Source: a virus (lineage: Duplodnaviria; Heunggongvirae; Uroviricota; Caudoviricetes). From it: a stretch of 64,000 nt of DNA. The translations under genes and the position numbers were made by a program. The notes below the pieces were generated by a model. That model saw only the letters and a list, made by a program, of their open reading frames with translations. It did not search any database and was not told the DNA's origin. Below are positions 38,169 through 47,646 of this stretch, piece by piece (positions within the stretch are counted from its first letter, which is position 1; each line of letters begins with the position of its first letter). The stretch is from positions 26,245-90,244 of IMG/VR virus record IMGVR_UViG_3300020577_006051; one strand, 5' to 3'.

Positions 38169-39396
38169 AGATTTTGCTAGAAAAAATACAGTATCTACAA
38201 AAGCAGGTGGAACCCAAAGATGGGAAGTATATGATTCAGCTAAATTAGAGGAATATTTGGCTATTTTTAATTATAAAATTGGACCATTAGCAACCAAACT
38301 AAACCAATCTTACTCCATGATTAGAAGATTGGTAACTTCTAGTGGATTAAAAGAAAAGTGTGATATAAAGCAGCAATCTATAAAAGGCGGAAGACCAAGA
38401 TCTACTAATATTGATAAATTTGGATATGTTTATGCTGAACCAGAACATGACTATATAGATCAAAATGGAGATAAAAAAAGAAAACATTTACATCTAGTTA
38501 TTGCTGAAAAAAAACTTGGACGACCATTAAATGCAAATGAAGTTGTTCATCATATAAATTTAGATAAAGAAGATAATAGACCTGAAAATCTCTATATATG
38601 TGATCAATCTACACACCGCAAGGTACATCAAAATTTGGAACATTTAGCTGCTAGATTAGCCCAAATAGGACAAATAGAATTTGTTCCTGAATTGCAAGAA
38701 TATGTTTTGGTTCAAAATCCACTTAAGTTACAAAAACATATACAAGGTGGTTTTGTTAAAGTAGTCGATGTTCTTGGATCTGACGCAACTGTTGTTAATT
38801 CTGCAAGAGTTTCATTTGGCAAATCAGTTTCTAACATTCGAGATCAAGATAAAAAGCTATTAGATTATTTAGCAAAAAATGGCCATACAAGTCCATTTAG
38901 ACATTGTTATGTTCAGTTACATGTAAAGGCACCAGAGTTTGTTGCTAGACAATGGTATAAACACATAGTCGGTACAGAGTATTCATTTAAAGATCAACCA
39001 TGGAATGAAATTTCTGGACGATATGTTGAGTATGATTTTTCTACTTGGGAACCAGAACATTTACGAAAGCAATCAGCAGATAAAAAACAAGGATCTTCTG
39101 ATGAATATGTTGAACATGAAGCGGAATTAATTGAGCAATATAAAAAGTTTACAAATGACGCTTTTAAATTTTATGAATACTTAATAAGTCAAGGTGTTTG
39201 TAAGGAGCAAGCTAGAACAGTTTTGCCTTTAAATTTTTATACAGAATGGTATTGGACTGCAAGTCTACAATCAATTCAACATTTTGTTAAATTAAGGACA
39301 GACCTACATGCTCAAATTGAAATACAAGATTTTGCATGGGCAGTTAACGAAATGATGGGGCAAATATTTCCAAATGCATGGAAAGCTTTAAGTTAA
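38158..39396 (+). CDS. thyX: HNH endonuclease fused in frame to a flavin-dependent thymidylate synthase (ThyX) domain with non-canonical RHR motif
   Basis: aa 120-160 HNH (VVHHINLDKEDNRPENLYICDQSTHRKVH); aa ~196-412 collinear with T. maritima ThyX; RHR replaced by KHI plus 8-aa insertion. Confidence 0.75.
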   Translation: MKVEDFARKNTVSTKAGGTQRWEVYDSAKLEEYLAIFNYKIGPLATKLNQSYSMIRRLVTSSGLKEKCDIKQQSIKGGRPRSTNIDKFGYVYAEPEHDYIDQNGDKKRKHLHLVIAEKKLGRPLNANEVVHHINLDKEDNRPENLYICDQSTHRKVHQNLEHLAARLAQIGQIEFVPELQEYVLVQNPLKLQKHIQGGFVKVVDVLGSDATVVNSARVSFGKSVSNIRDQDKKLLDYLAKNGHTSPFRHCYVQLHVKAPEFVARQWYKHIVGTEYSFKDQPWNEISGRYVEYDFSTWEPEHLRKQSADKKQGSSDEYVEHEAELIEQYKKFTNDAFKFYEYLISQGVCKEQARTVLPLNFYTEWYWTASLQSIQHFVKLRTDLHAQIEIQDFAWAVNEMMGQIFPNAWKALS

Positions 39397-39574
39397 TACT
39401 TTTTTAAAGAAATTTTTTAAATTATGTTGTTGGATTTTTAACAACCTTAAGTTTAGTATTGGCTTTAGGTTTGTTTGTTTTATGTTTATCACTACCGGGA
39501 CCACGAAGACCAGCAGCATGCAAGGCCATGGGCCGCGCAGCGAACGTTAGAGAGAGTAGGACTTTTGAACTGGA

Positions 39575-39964
39575 TTACGCGCTTGCAATAATATTGTATT
39601 TTAGGAGAACATCGGGGTCATCTTTTAACATTTCAATCATACGCAGTGCTGGGCCACTTGGTACGTTTTTACCTGATTCCCAGGCTTCGACAGTCTTGAG
39701 AGAAACCCCTAGAGACATCGCAAAAAGAGCTTGTGAAAAATCAAGAGACATTCGTATTTTTCTAATTTCATTTGGAGGGAATAATTGAACGGGGTTCACA
39801 TGAGGTTTTCTAACTCTCACGCCTTTTACGTTCTCCCCTTTCTCATACGAAATAGCTTGATTTAAGCCACGCATGAGGCTTTCAAAGGCTTCACTTCTTT
39901 TTGGTTGTTGTTTTTCTTTTTTCATCTCTTTGAAAGACTTGATTAAGGACTCTAATTTGCTCAT
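39575..39964 (-). CDS. XRE-family HTH regulator, MqsA-like C-terminal domain
   Basis: IRKIRMSLDFSQALFAMSLGVSLKTVEAWESGKNVPSGPALRMIEML matches the MqsA/XRE HTH; no Zn finger; minus strand. Confidence 0.7.
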   Translation of the reverse strand: MSKLESLIKSFKEMKKEKQQPKRSEAFESLMRGLNQAISYEKGENVKGVRVRKPHVNPVQLFPPNEIRKIRMSLDFSQALFAMSLGVSLKTVEAWESGKNVPSGPALRMIEMLKDDPDVLLKYNIIASA

Positions 39965-40071
39965 GATTTTGATCTCCGTTACTTATATTCTACCACGATA
40001 TGCACTATTCAACATGCATTGAGTATAATAGCATTTGTCCCGAAAAGATTAATGTTTAAAAGGGGATACCC

Positions 40072-40776
40072 ATGGAAACGATGCCTCTCATTCTACCAAA
40101 AAGCGAAAGTGACGAGATCTGGGTCACAGAGTTTAATCCGCAATCTGCTCAAGAATTTAGAGACCGAGTCTTGGAAGAAGCCAAGAAAGGTCCAGATCGC
40201 CCTATCGTTATCTACATCGACAGCTACGGTGGTCAAGTTGATTCCTTGGCCAAGATGATTGCTACACTAGATGAAGTATCGAATCCTATCGTTACTTGCT
40301 GCATGGGCAAAGCAATGAGCTGTGGTGCTATGTTGTTAGCTCATGGCGATGTCCGTTTCTGTGATAGTCATAGCCGAATTATGGTTCATAAAGTTAGTGC
40401 AATGGCAATGGGTAACGTAGACGATATCGTCACAGACACGGAAGAGATTTCTCGTCTAAATGAATATTGGATGAATGTATTGGCAACGGACTGCGGAATC
40501 AAGGGTGGATATCAGGAATTAAGTGAGATCTTACGTTCTAAGGATGGTCATGAACGTTATTTCACACCGCAAGAAGCTAAGACATTTGGTCTCATCGACA
40601 TTATTGGATTACCAAAGGTTGTTGCTGATACGGTCTACGATGTGGCTACTATTCCTGTCAAAACATCTCCATATAAAGAAAGCAAGTGGCGGGCAAAATA
40701 TAGATCAGAACCCGAAAAGAAAGCACCCCAAACGAAAACTCTTAAAAAGAGTAAAACAAAAGGAGCTAAGAAATGA
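40072..40776 (+). CDS. ClpP-family serine protease
   Basis: IVIYIDSYGGQVDS ... CMGKAMSCGAMLLA ... IMVHKVS; K-rich tail. Confidence 0.8.
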   Translation: METMPLILPKSESDEIWVTEFNPQSAQEFRDRVLEEAKKGPDRPIVIYIDSYGGQVDSLAKMIATLDEVSNPIVTCCMGKAMSCGAMLLAHGDVRFCDSHSRIMVHKVSAMAMGNVDDIVTDTEEISRLNEYWMNVLATDCGIKGGYQELSEILRSKDGHERYFTPQEAKTFGLIDIIGLPKVVADTVYDVATIPVKTSPYKESKWRAKYRSEPEKKAPQTKTLKKSKTKGAKK

Positions 40777-41117
40777 GTGATGATGTTAAGAACCAAGAAG
40801 AGAAAGTTCGCAGCCACAATCTAAAAGAAGTTGTGATTTCTCCAGATGATGCTAAGGCAGCATTTGAATTCTGGCCTCAGTTTAACGTTCCACCTATGGA
40901 AGGCTTAAAAGAAGCTTTTCAACAGTTTCAGAACGATCCAACACTTGAGAATCAAAATTATCTCAAGTACATGGTCACTAAAGCTATCGCAACAACGCAG
41001 CACGAAGCATTCCTAGATCCAACCTTTGAGAAAGTTCGCTCTGAGTGCGCTGATGTAAGTTACGAGATGGCGTTCGACCGTGACTTCCAAAACATCATCG
41101 GCGAGGATAAAACCTAA
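40773..41117 (+). CDS. conserved phage protein, family B (paralog of 8643..8927)
   Basis: see 8643..8927. Confidence 0.6.
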   Translation: MSDDVKNQEEKVRSHNLKEVVISPDDAKAAFEFWPQFNVPPMEGLKEAFQQFQNDPTLENQNYLKYMVTKAIATTQHEAFLDPTFEKVRSECADVSYEMAFDRDFQNIIGEDKT

Positions 41118-41315
41118 ATGGGATTTCACGAAGACGACAGAATTCGCAATAAGAACCGTGCTGCGAATGCCGCTTATGCTAAGTATCAAGAGTATAAAGA
41201 TAAGAAGTTGTCTGACTCTGATATTCTTCAAGAATTAGAGAAGACAGAAAACTCTAACTATGCGGTGGTACATGAAATTCGTAAGATCGTTGCTGCAAAA
41301 AGCGGCCAAAAGTAA
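41118..41315 (+). CDS. hypothetical protein
   Basis: 65-aa ORF. Confidence 0.4.
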   Translation: MGFHEDDRIRNKNRAANAAYAKYQEYKDKKLSDSDILQELEKTENSNYAVVHEIRKIVAAKSGQK

Positions 41316-42045
41316 ATTAGCTAAAGCAGCTTTGATTGGGTTATCTGTATTTGGATACATTACATTTACATTAAGAGCTCAAGAGTTACACGACAACTAC
41401 TTATTCTCTTATGTAGGTACGAGCGTATACTTTGTTATGTCACCCCAAGTTCAAGGTGGTGGAAGTGCTTTCACTTTGAGATATAAAGGTAAAACTTACG
41501 GTATAACCAATGCACATGTATGTAGAGCGTTAGCTGGTAAACCTCTAGTACTGATAAGTGACTTTTACGGAACATATATCACTTCGCAGAAGTTGATCTC
41601 TAAGAAATATGACCTATGCTTGATCGAAGCACCACAGGACGATCATGGTTTGTCAGTTTCTACTGACATCTCACAGAATCAAACTGTGTGGGCTGTCGGT
41701 CATCCGCAAGGTTGGCCACTAACAGTATCTAATCCTGGTCATGTCATCATGGCTAAAACATGGGAAATACCTGCTATCCAAGGTCCGTGTCCAGATACCT
41801 TAGATAAATCTGTCTATCAAACTAGACAAAATCAGTTTGGTCAAGTGTGCACGCTTACTTCGAACTATGTTCAAACAACAGTATTCATCGATTTTGGAAG
41901 TTCTGGATCACCTATGGTAGATTTTTACGGAAACGTAGTTGGTGTTAATACCATAAAAGATGGGTTTAACTACGCTAATTTTATTACATCTGAAGATGTA
42001 GTTAATTTCTTAGAAGAAGAGGTTTTAAATGTCCCTACCAAATAA
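41260..42045 (+). CDS. membrane-anchored trypsin-like serine protease
   Basis: TNAHVC (His), DLCLIE (Asp), GSSGSPMVD (Ser); N-terminal TM. Confidence 0.6.
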   Translation: MRWYMKFVRSLLQKAAKSKLAKAALIGLSVFGYITFTLRAQELHDNYLFSYVGTSVYFVMSPQVQGGGSAFTLRYKGKTYGITNAHVCRALAGKPLVLISDFYGTYITSQKLISKKYDLCLIEAPQDDHGLSVSTDISQNQTVWAVGHPQGWPLTVSNPGHVIMAKTWEIPAIQGPCPDTLDKSVYQTRQNQFGQVCTLTSNYVQTTVFIDFGSSGSPMVDFYGNVVGVNTIKDGFNYANFITSEDVVNFLEEEVLNVPTK

Positions 42046-42478
42046 AAGTATTAAACCAGCACTCATTATCACTGGCGTATTCTTTACAACGGTGTTTTTA
42101 GCAGCATGGAAAGTAGTTGACTTGTTTTATGCTCTATTCACGGCCACAATGTGTCCTTAAACGAAGAAGATCAGAAACAGTTAGAATGCATATATAAAGA
42201 AATCAACGACCAAAAGTTAATAAAGAAATTACGACTTAGGGGTCATAAGATTGCTTTACTTGAACTTCTTCATGATTTAGAATTAACAACAATAATGCCT
42301 TACTTTTTATGGTTTTCAGATTTGGAGTAAGTCATGTTGAGTAGCACCAGGCGATTTCAAAGACAAAAATTATCACTATTTAGTTTACTGTTTAAATTCA
42401 AGATCGCGCAACCTGGTGGACCCGATTGGAATTACGCAAATGAATTGCATCAAGATGTAATAAAATGGATGAGCAAAC

Positions 42479-43390
42479 ATGATTACTAAACCTATGCTTT
42501 CTGGATCTCTTGAGGATGTTAGTAAGTTAAAGTTTCCGGTATTAGCTTCTGCTAAGCTGGACGGTATCCGCTGTCTGATGGTTGGTGGCAAATGCCTCAG
42601 CCGAACATTCAAACCAATTCCTAATAAGTTCATTAGAGAGTGGATGGAAGCAAACATCCCAGACGGATTCGACGGTGAGCTAGTGTCTCGCAACGCTGAC
42701 GGTTCAATGCGGACCTTCAACGAGATCCAAGGCGACGTCATGCGAGAAGAGAATGAACCTAACTTTGAATTCCAAGCATTCGACCGCGTCACAGATTCAT
42801 TGACTGAACCTTTCGAGAAACGCTTTGATAAGTTACGTTTCCTAGTTAAAACTATCAATCTGAAACATCTAGTATTGGCAGAGCACGTTCTGATCAATAA
42901 CATAGAAGAATTGGATGCTTACGAAGAGAAGTGTCTTGCTGAAGGCTACGAAGGCATCATGGTTCGCTCTCTGTCTGGTCCGTACAAGTGTGGACGAGCT
43001 ACTGAGAAGGAAGGAACTCTACTTAAAGTTAAGAGATTCTTAGACTCTGAAGCTGTCATCTTAGGTTTTGAAGAACAACTAGAGAACACCAACGAAGCTG
43101 AAAAAGATGCTTTCGGTCGGACCAAGCGTTCTAGTCACCAAGATGGAATGGTCGGTAAAGGAACGTTAGGTAAGTTCCTGGTTCGTGAGATCGGTTCCAC
43201 TCCGTGGAAAGATCGTGAGTTCGCCATCGGAACCGGCGAAGGTTTAACCCAAGTCCTACGACAAGAGATCTGGGACAACAGGGAAGCTTACGTAGGTAAG
43301 ATCGTCACTTACAAGTATCAAATGCATGGAATTAAATCATTGCCCAGATTGCCGATTTGGAAAGGTTTTAGAGATGAACGAGATATGTAA
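42479..43390 (+). CDS. ATP-dependent DNA ligase (small T7/PBCV-type)
   Basis: motif I AKLDGIRC, III FDGELV, IV EGYEGIMVR, V LLKVKRF. Confidence 0.85.
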   Translation: MITKPMLSGSLEDVSKLKFPVLASAKLDGIRCLMVGGKCLSRTFKPIPNKFIREWMEANIPDGFDGELVSRNADGSMRTFNEIQGDVMREENEPNFEFQAFDRVTDSLTEPFEKRFDKLRFLVKTINLKHLVLAEHVLINNIEELDAYEEKCLAEGYEGIMVRSLSGPYKCGRATEKEGTLLKVKRFLDSEAVILGFEEQLENTNEAEKDAFGRTKRSSHQDGMVGKGTLGKFLVREIGSTPWKDREFAIGTGEGLTQVLRQEIWDNREAYVGKIVTYKYQMHGIKSLPRLPIWKGFRDERDM

Positions 43391-43414
43391 TTCTTATGGT
43401 TTAAAGGAAAAAGA

Positions 43415-43627
43415 TTGTTGATGGAACCAGGTAAGAAGTATAAAGCAAATCTTATCTATAGAGAAAAAGAAGAGCATCTTGATAACTTGAGAATTCTATT
43501 GACGTCTTTATTTAAAGGTCGAGAACTTGACCTATTTGATAGACAAGCAATAGTTCGAGATTACGATAAACACGGTTTTGTACATAGAATAACTGGACTT
43601 CACTACTACATAGAGGATGATCTATGA
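43415..43627 (+). CDS. hypothetical protein
   Basis: 70-aa ORF. Confidence 0.45.
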   Translation: MLMEPGKKYKANLIYREKEEHLDNLRILLTSLFKGRELDLFDRQAIVRDYDKHGFVHRITGLHYYIEDDL

Positions 43628-43902
43628 TGTTTCCGGAGCAGCGTCAGAAAGCGATCAGACATCTAGGTCAGATCTATCAACAGCACTTAAATAATAACCA
43701 CTACGAAACACAGCGCAAGTTTAACGATTGGATGTTTACTGGATTTGCGGGTGTTGGTTCATTTTCAGATAGCAAAATCATTAAAGAACTTAACTGTTTT
43801 GCCCATGCACAAAGAGAAGGTAGAGCTGGTGCATACTACCACCAGATGTATGAAGTTGAGCAATTGTTAGTTGATATTGAAATAGATAGGATGTTAACAT
43901 GA
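43624..43902 (+). CDS. hypothetical protein
   Basis: 92-aa ORF, ATGA-coupled. Confidence 0.5.
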   Translation: MMFPEQRQKAIRHLGQIYQQHLNNNHYETQRKFNDWMFTGFAGVGSFSDSKIIKELNCFAHAQREGRAGAYYHQMYEVEQLLVDIEIDRMLT

Positions 43903-44468
43903 GTGAAGCAGTGTACGTGGTTTTTGACAACGAAACAGGCGGCTTAACTAAAGACTGTTCACTATTGACAAGTCACTTCTTCATCTGCGACAAAGATCTA
44001 GAGATCATCGACGAGCTTGGTCTAGCTATCAAGCCTAACGATCATCAACCGTATCGTGTGCAAGCGACAGCTCTAGCCGTTAACAAGATCGACCTGATCG
44101 AACACGACAAGATCGCCATCACTCAGTCTGAAGCTGCTCAAAAGCTGTTCTTATTCCTTAAAAAACATTCAGACAGCGGCAAGATTAAGTTGATTCCTGT
44201 CGGCCACAACGTGAGCTTCGACATTGAATCTGTCAACGAACATTTGATCAGTAAGCCAAACTGGGACCAATTCGTTTCCTACAGGAAGTTAGATACTGGG
44301 ACGATCATGCAGTACCTAAAGCTCAAAGGTACAGTTCCAAACGATAAGAGTAGCTCTCTAGGTTCAAGTGCAGAATATTTTGGGGTAACATTTGAGGGTG
44401 AAGCGCACACAGCCCGAGCTGATGCGTTGATGTGCATTAAACTCTTGAAGAAAATGAAGGCTGTATGA
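43899..44468 (+). CDS. DnaQ-like 3'-5' exonuclease (DEDDh)
   Basis: VVFDNETGGL (Exo I), HNVSFDIES (Exo II), HTARADALM (Exo III). Confidence 0.7.
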   Translation: MSEAVYVVFDNETGGLTKDCSLLTSHFFICDKDLEIIDELGLAIKPNDHQPYRVQATALAVNKIDLIEHDKIAITQSEAAQKLFLFLKKHSDSGKIKLIPVGHNVSFDIESVNEHLISKPNWDQFVSYRKLDTGTIMQYLKLKGTVPNDKSSSLGSSAEYFGVTFEGEAHTARADALMCIKLLKKMKAV

Positions 44469-44767
44469 TCTCTGGCAAATTCTCCAAACAGATCGAATGT
44501 CTCAAGCGTCTAAGTGAGCTTACAACTTCAATGGATGAAATCTTAGACTTCTTGTTCACTGAAAAGGTCGCTACTAAAGATGAGTGTTCTGCTGTCAAGA
44601 GATCAACAAACCAACACAAAGAACTAGTGATATTATTACAAACTCTTAAGGCTAACGATAAATTCCAACTATTAGAATACGAGTGGACAATACTTCCCGT
44701 AGAGAGAATTTGTATAACAATTGTAACAGATAAAACTCGAAAAGAATTCGATTATTCATCATACTGA
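44465..44767 (+). CDS. hypothetical protein
   Basis: 100-aa ORF. Confidence 0.5.
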   Translation: MISGKFSKQIECLKRLSELTTSMDEILDFLFTEKVATKDECSAVKRSTNQHKELVILLQTLKANDKFQLLEYEWTILPVERICITIVTDKTRKEFDYSSY

Positions 44768-44774
44768 GGTCTAG

Positions 44775-44978
44775 ATGCGCTGGAAAGACGGTTGTTTAAA
44801 TCACGGACAGATCAATCATTTTATAAAAGATACTTGGAGAGTTTCAAAGCATTTAGAACATTTCTCAAATGAGTGCTTAACTATCATAGATAAGAGATCT
44901 AGAATTCGCACTGGAAATCAAAAACAGGCAGGTTTAACTTTCAAGACCAATTGGCTATTCAATCATTACGGAACATAA
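44775..44978 (+). CDS. hypothetical protein
   Basis: 67-aa ORF. Confidence 0.4.
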   Translation: MRWKDGCLNHGQINHFIKDTWRVSKHLEHFSNECLTIIDKRSRIRTGNQKQAGLTFKTNWLFNHYGT

Positions 44979-45045
44979 CAGCTTTTGCAATGAATCCGAA
45001 AAGATAAACAGTAATCGATAGAATTCAACAGATTGGAGCATACTA

Positions 45046-46056
45046 ATGGAAAATCCAAAAGGTCATTTTACAGTAAAGAAGATTACGAATTTTGCTGATC
45101 TAAAAGAAGGCCAACAAATCACGCTTCCTGAGAGCGATCTATGCTTTCAAGACGGCAACAAGATCTTCCAGTTCGAATATGTCGAACCAGAAGTTAAAGA
45201 AAAAGTTCAAGTTGAGCCAGGTGTGTTTGCTTTTGTTGAAACAAATGCTGGATTGCGACTCAACCAAATGGAATTGAAGAAACGTGATCTTCTTATGGAT
45301 CTAGTTAATACAGAAAAGATCGTTAATGAAGCTAAGAAGTTCTTCAGTCGCTTACATATCTATGACAAACATAAGCGTCCAAAACGTCGCGGCGTACTTC
45401 TGTATTCTCCTCCAGGAATGGGAAAATCTGCTGCCATCGAGCAAGTATCTCAAGATCTTATAAAAGAAGATCCAGGTACGGTCATCATTAACTGGTCCAC
45501 TTCAGAGATCGAGCCAGACTCTGTTCATCGCTTCTTCAGTCAAGTATCTGAATACGATGAAAAAGTTACTCGCGTAGTGCTGATCATGGAAGATATCGGT
45601 GGCGGATCACGTCCTGGCTCTCATGGTCCAAGCGCTATCCCATCTGGCTTACTTAACTTGCTGGACGGTATCGGTGATGTATTCAAAAAGCCAACGTTCA
45701 TCGTATCAACTACGAATCACCCAGAGAATCTATTGGCAGAACTTGGTAATCGCCCTGGTCGCTTTCACATCAAGATTAAGTTAGAAGCACCAAACGAGAA
45801 AGATCGTATTCGCCTATTGGAGTTCATCAGTCACCGCGAGATCACAGACGATGAAAAGAAAGCGATTACCTGCAAAGGCACTGAAGAGTTTAGTATCGCC
45901 CATATCGAGGAAGTAGTTATTCGTGCAGATCTCGATGACAAGACCTATCAGCAAGTAGTAGACGAACTTATCGCCGAAACTAAAGAGTTTAAGGGTGGAT
46001 TCGAAGGTAAGAACAAATCAAGTATGGGATTCGACAGTCACGACGACGATTATTAA
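45046..46056 (+). CDS. AAA+ ATPase
   Basis: Walker A LLYSPPGMGKSAA; Walker B VVLIMEDIGG. Confidence 0.7.
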   Translation: MENPKGHFTVKKITNFADLKEGQQITLPESDLCFQDGNKIFQFEYVEPEVKEKVQVEPGVFAFVETNAGLRLNQMELKKRDLLMDLVNTEKIVNEAKKFFSRLHIYDKHKRPKRRGVLLYSPPGMGKSAAIEQVSQDLIKEDPGTVIINWSTSEIEPDSVHRFFSQVSEYDEKVTRVVLIMEDIGGGSRPGSHGPSAIPSGLLNLLDGIGDVFKKPTFIVSTTNHPENLLAELGNRPGRFHIKIKLEAPNEKDRIRLLEFISHREITDDEKKAITCKGTEEFSIAHIEEVVIRADLDDKTYQQVVDELIAETKEFKGGFEGKNKSSMGFDSHDDDY

Positions 46057-46065
46057 GGAGGATTT

Positions 46066-46308
46066 ATGGGGCTACAGTATCGCATCAATACAACTTATGC
46101 TAATTCATTAAGTATCGATGCGTTCCACATCAAGAATATCGTCAGTAATAAGGTTACTGTTATCGTTGTTCATGATAAAGAAACTGGTAAGTTTTTAACA
46201 GAGTTGGATGCCGCAGAAGTTATTGCCAATGCCCAACATCGTTTGATCCGCAATCCTAAGACAGGTAAGTTGCAGATTTCTAAGTACAGGGTTTATCACT
46301 GGGGGTGA
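46066..46308 (+). CDS. hypothetical protein
   Basis: 80-aa ORF with AGGAGG SD. Confidence 0.5.
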   Translation: MGLQYRINTTYANSLSIDAFHIKNIVSNKVTVIVVHDKETGKFLTELDAAEVIANAQHRLIRNPKTGKLQISKYRVYHWG

Positions 46309-46529
46309 TCATGTTTATGTCAAATGAAGTGTATCTGTTCAACGCTTTCGATTGCGATGATATCACTACAACTCTTGTCTTCGTAAATAAAAAGAAGGCT
46401 CTGGAACATATTGCTAAGAACTACTTCCACTTCAATCTCAAGGGTGAGAACAAAGAAGAAGACATCATGTTCTGGGAAAAGAACCAAGGTGAAGGTTTGA
46501 CTCTTGAAAAAGTTCGTCTGATGAAGTGA
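46305..46529 (+). CDS. hypothetical protein
   Basis: 74-aa ORF. Confidence 0.45.
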   Translation: MIMFMSNEVYLFNAFDCDDITTTLVFVNKKKALEHIAKNYFHFNLKGENKEEDIMFWEKNQGEGLTLEKVRLMK

Positions 46530-46532
46530 TCT

Positions 46533-46718
46533 ATGTACAGATATCAAGACCATCAATTAAGACAGATAGAACGAGTAACTACTCTATACAGCTTATTGAC
46601 TTTTATTTACTGCGTCAATCGTGCAACTTCTAAATACGAGAGTGCATTCATTGGTGTTGATTATCGCAGATACATGAGCGACTTTGAGATGAATTATCTC
46701 GCAAAGAAGATCAGATGA
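46533..46718 (+). CDS. hypothetical protein
   Basis: 61-aa ORF. Confidence 0.4.
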   Translation: MYRYQDHQLRQIERVTTLYSLLTFIYCVNRATSKYESAFIGVDYRRYMSDFEMNYLAKKIR

Positions 46719-46969
46719 AGAAGAGATTCGCGGCCGAAGCTTGGCTAATTAAATTGTTAGACCAATTATTAGATAAAAGAATGGATTCCTTCACCATGAA
46801 TGATTACGACAAATACTCCACATTCGTAAGAACTCTACGCAATGGAACTTAATATATTTTTAATAAAACTAAAAGCATTAAATGCCATGCTTGATTTGGT
46901 ACAAGAACTTACATTAATAACAATTGATATCGACAGTAACAAAGCATTGATATACGTAGGGAGATATGG

Positions 46970-47389
46970 ATGAACAAAAACAACACCACTATCTTATTCA
47001 ATGAATTTCCAAACCTGTACGCAGATCGCAATAAAGGCTACGATAAGACTCAAATGCAGAGTTTTGCAGTTGATGATGGTTGGTTTGACATCATCTATTC
47101 ACTATCTCAAAAACTTGAGCATGAGATAATTAAGTATAAGAGGGATAACCCAAACGCGAGTGCGGACGATATTCCAAGAGCTTTTCAAGTCAAAGAAAAA
47201 TTCGGCGGTTTACGCTTTTACATGGACGGTAAAAGTACAAAAGAAATGAATGAAGCTATCTCAGAAGCAGAACAGAAAGCAGATAAGACCTGTGAAAGAT
47301 GCTCTAGTGGTGGACAAATCGTCAAGAATGGTCGTGGTTGGGTTAAAACATTATGTTCAAACTGTCATAACAAATGGAGACAAATATGA
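46970..47389 (+). CDS. hypothetical protein with C-terminal Cys cluster
   Basis: CERCSSGG...CSNCHNKW. Confidence 0.5.
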   Translation: MNKNNTTILFNEFPNLYADRNKGYDKTQMQSFAVDDGWFDIIYSLSQKLEHEIIKYKRDNPNASADDIPRAFQVKEKFGGLRFYMDGKSTKEMNEAISEAEQKADKTCERCSSGGQIVKNGRGWVKTLCSNCHNKWRQI

Positions 47390-47646
47390 CAAATTTCAGT
47401 ACTAAGGCTTACACTTTAAACGTGTTGATTTCGGAAGTCCAAAGTTTGGACGTCGTTACAGTCAACAATTTCCGCACTTTTGCTCGTGCTATCAGTCCTC
47501 GTGCTGGTGTTAAGAGCACAAAAGTTAAAGTGTTGAACTACTTCTTGAACGGTAAATTGCGTTCAATCGTAAACAACAGCTTCAACGGTAGCGACATTAA
47601 AGACCGCTTATTGGTTGCTTTGAAGGCTCGTAAAAACGCTCGTTAA
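47374..47646 (+). CDS. hypothetical protein
   Basis: 90-aa ORF. Confidence 0.5.
   Translation: METNMTNFSTKAYTLNVLISEVQSLDVVTVNNFRTFARAISPRAGVKSTKVKVLNYFLNGKLRSIVNNSFNGSDIKDRLLVALKARKNAR

Noticed and set aside
38158-39396. HNH-ThyX considered as an intein-containing thyX
   Set aside because: The nuclease precedes the entire ThyX fold rather than interrupting it, and no intein block A/G splice-junction residues are present.
39575-39964. XRE/MqsA-like repressor as evidence of a temperate lifestyle
   Set aside because: No integrase, excisionase, att site or CI/Cro-type pair; the surrounding content (hmC pathway, many HEGs, Pnk/Rnl, gp55-like sigma) is typical of virulent phages.
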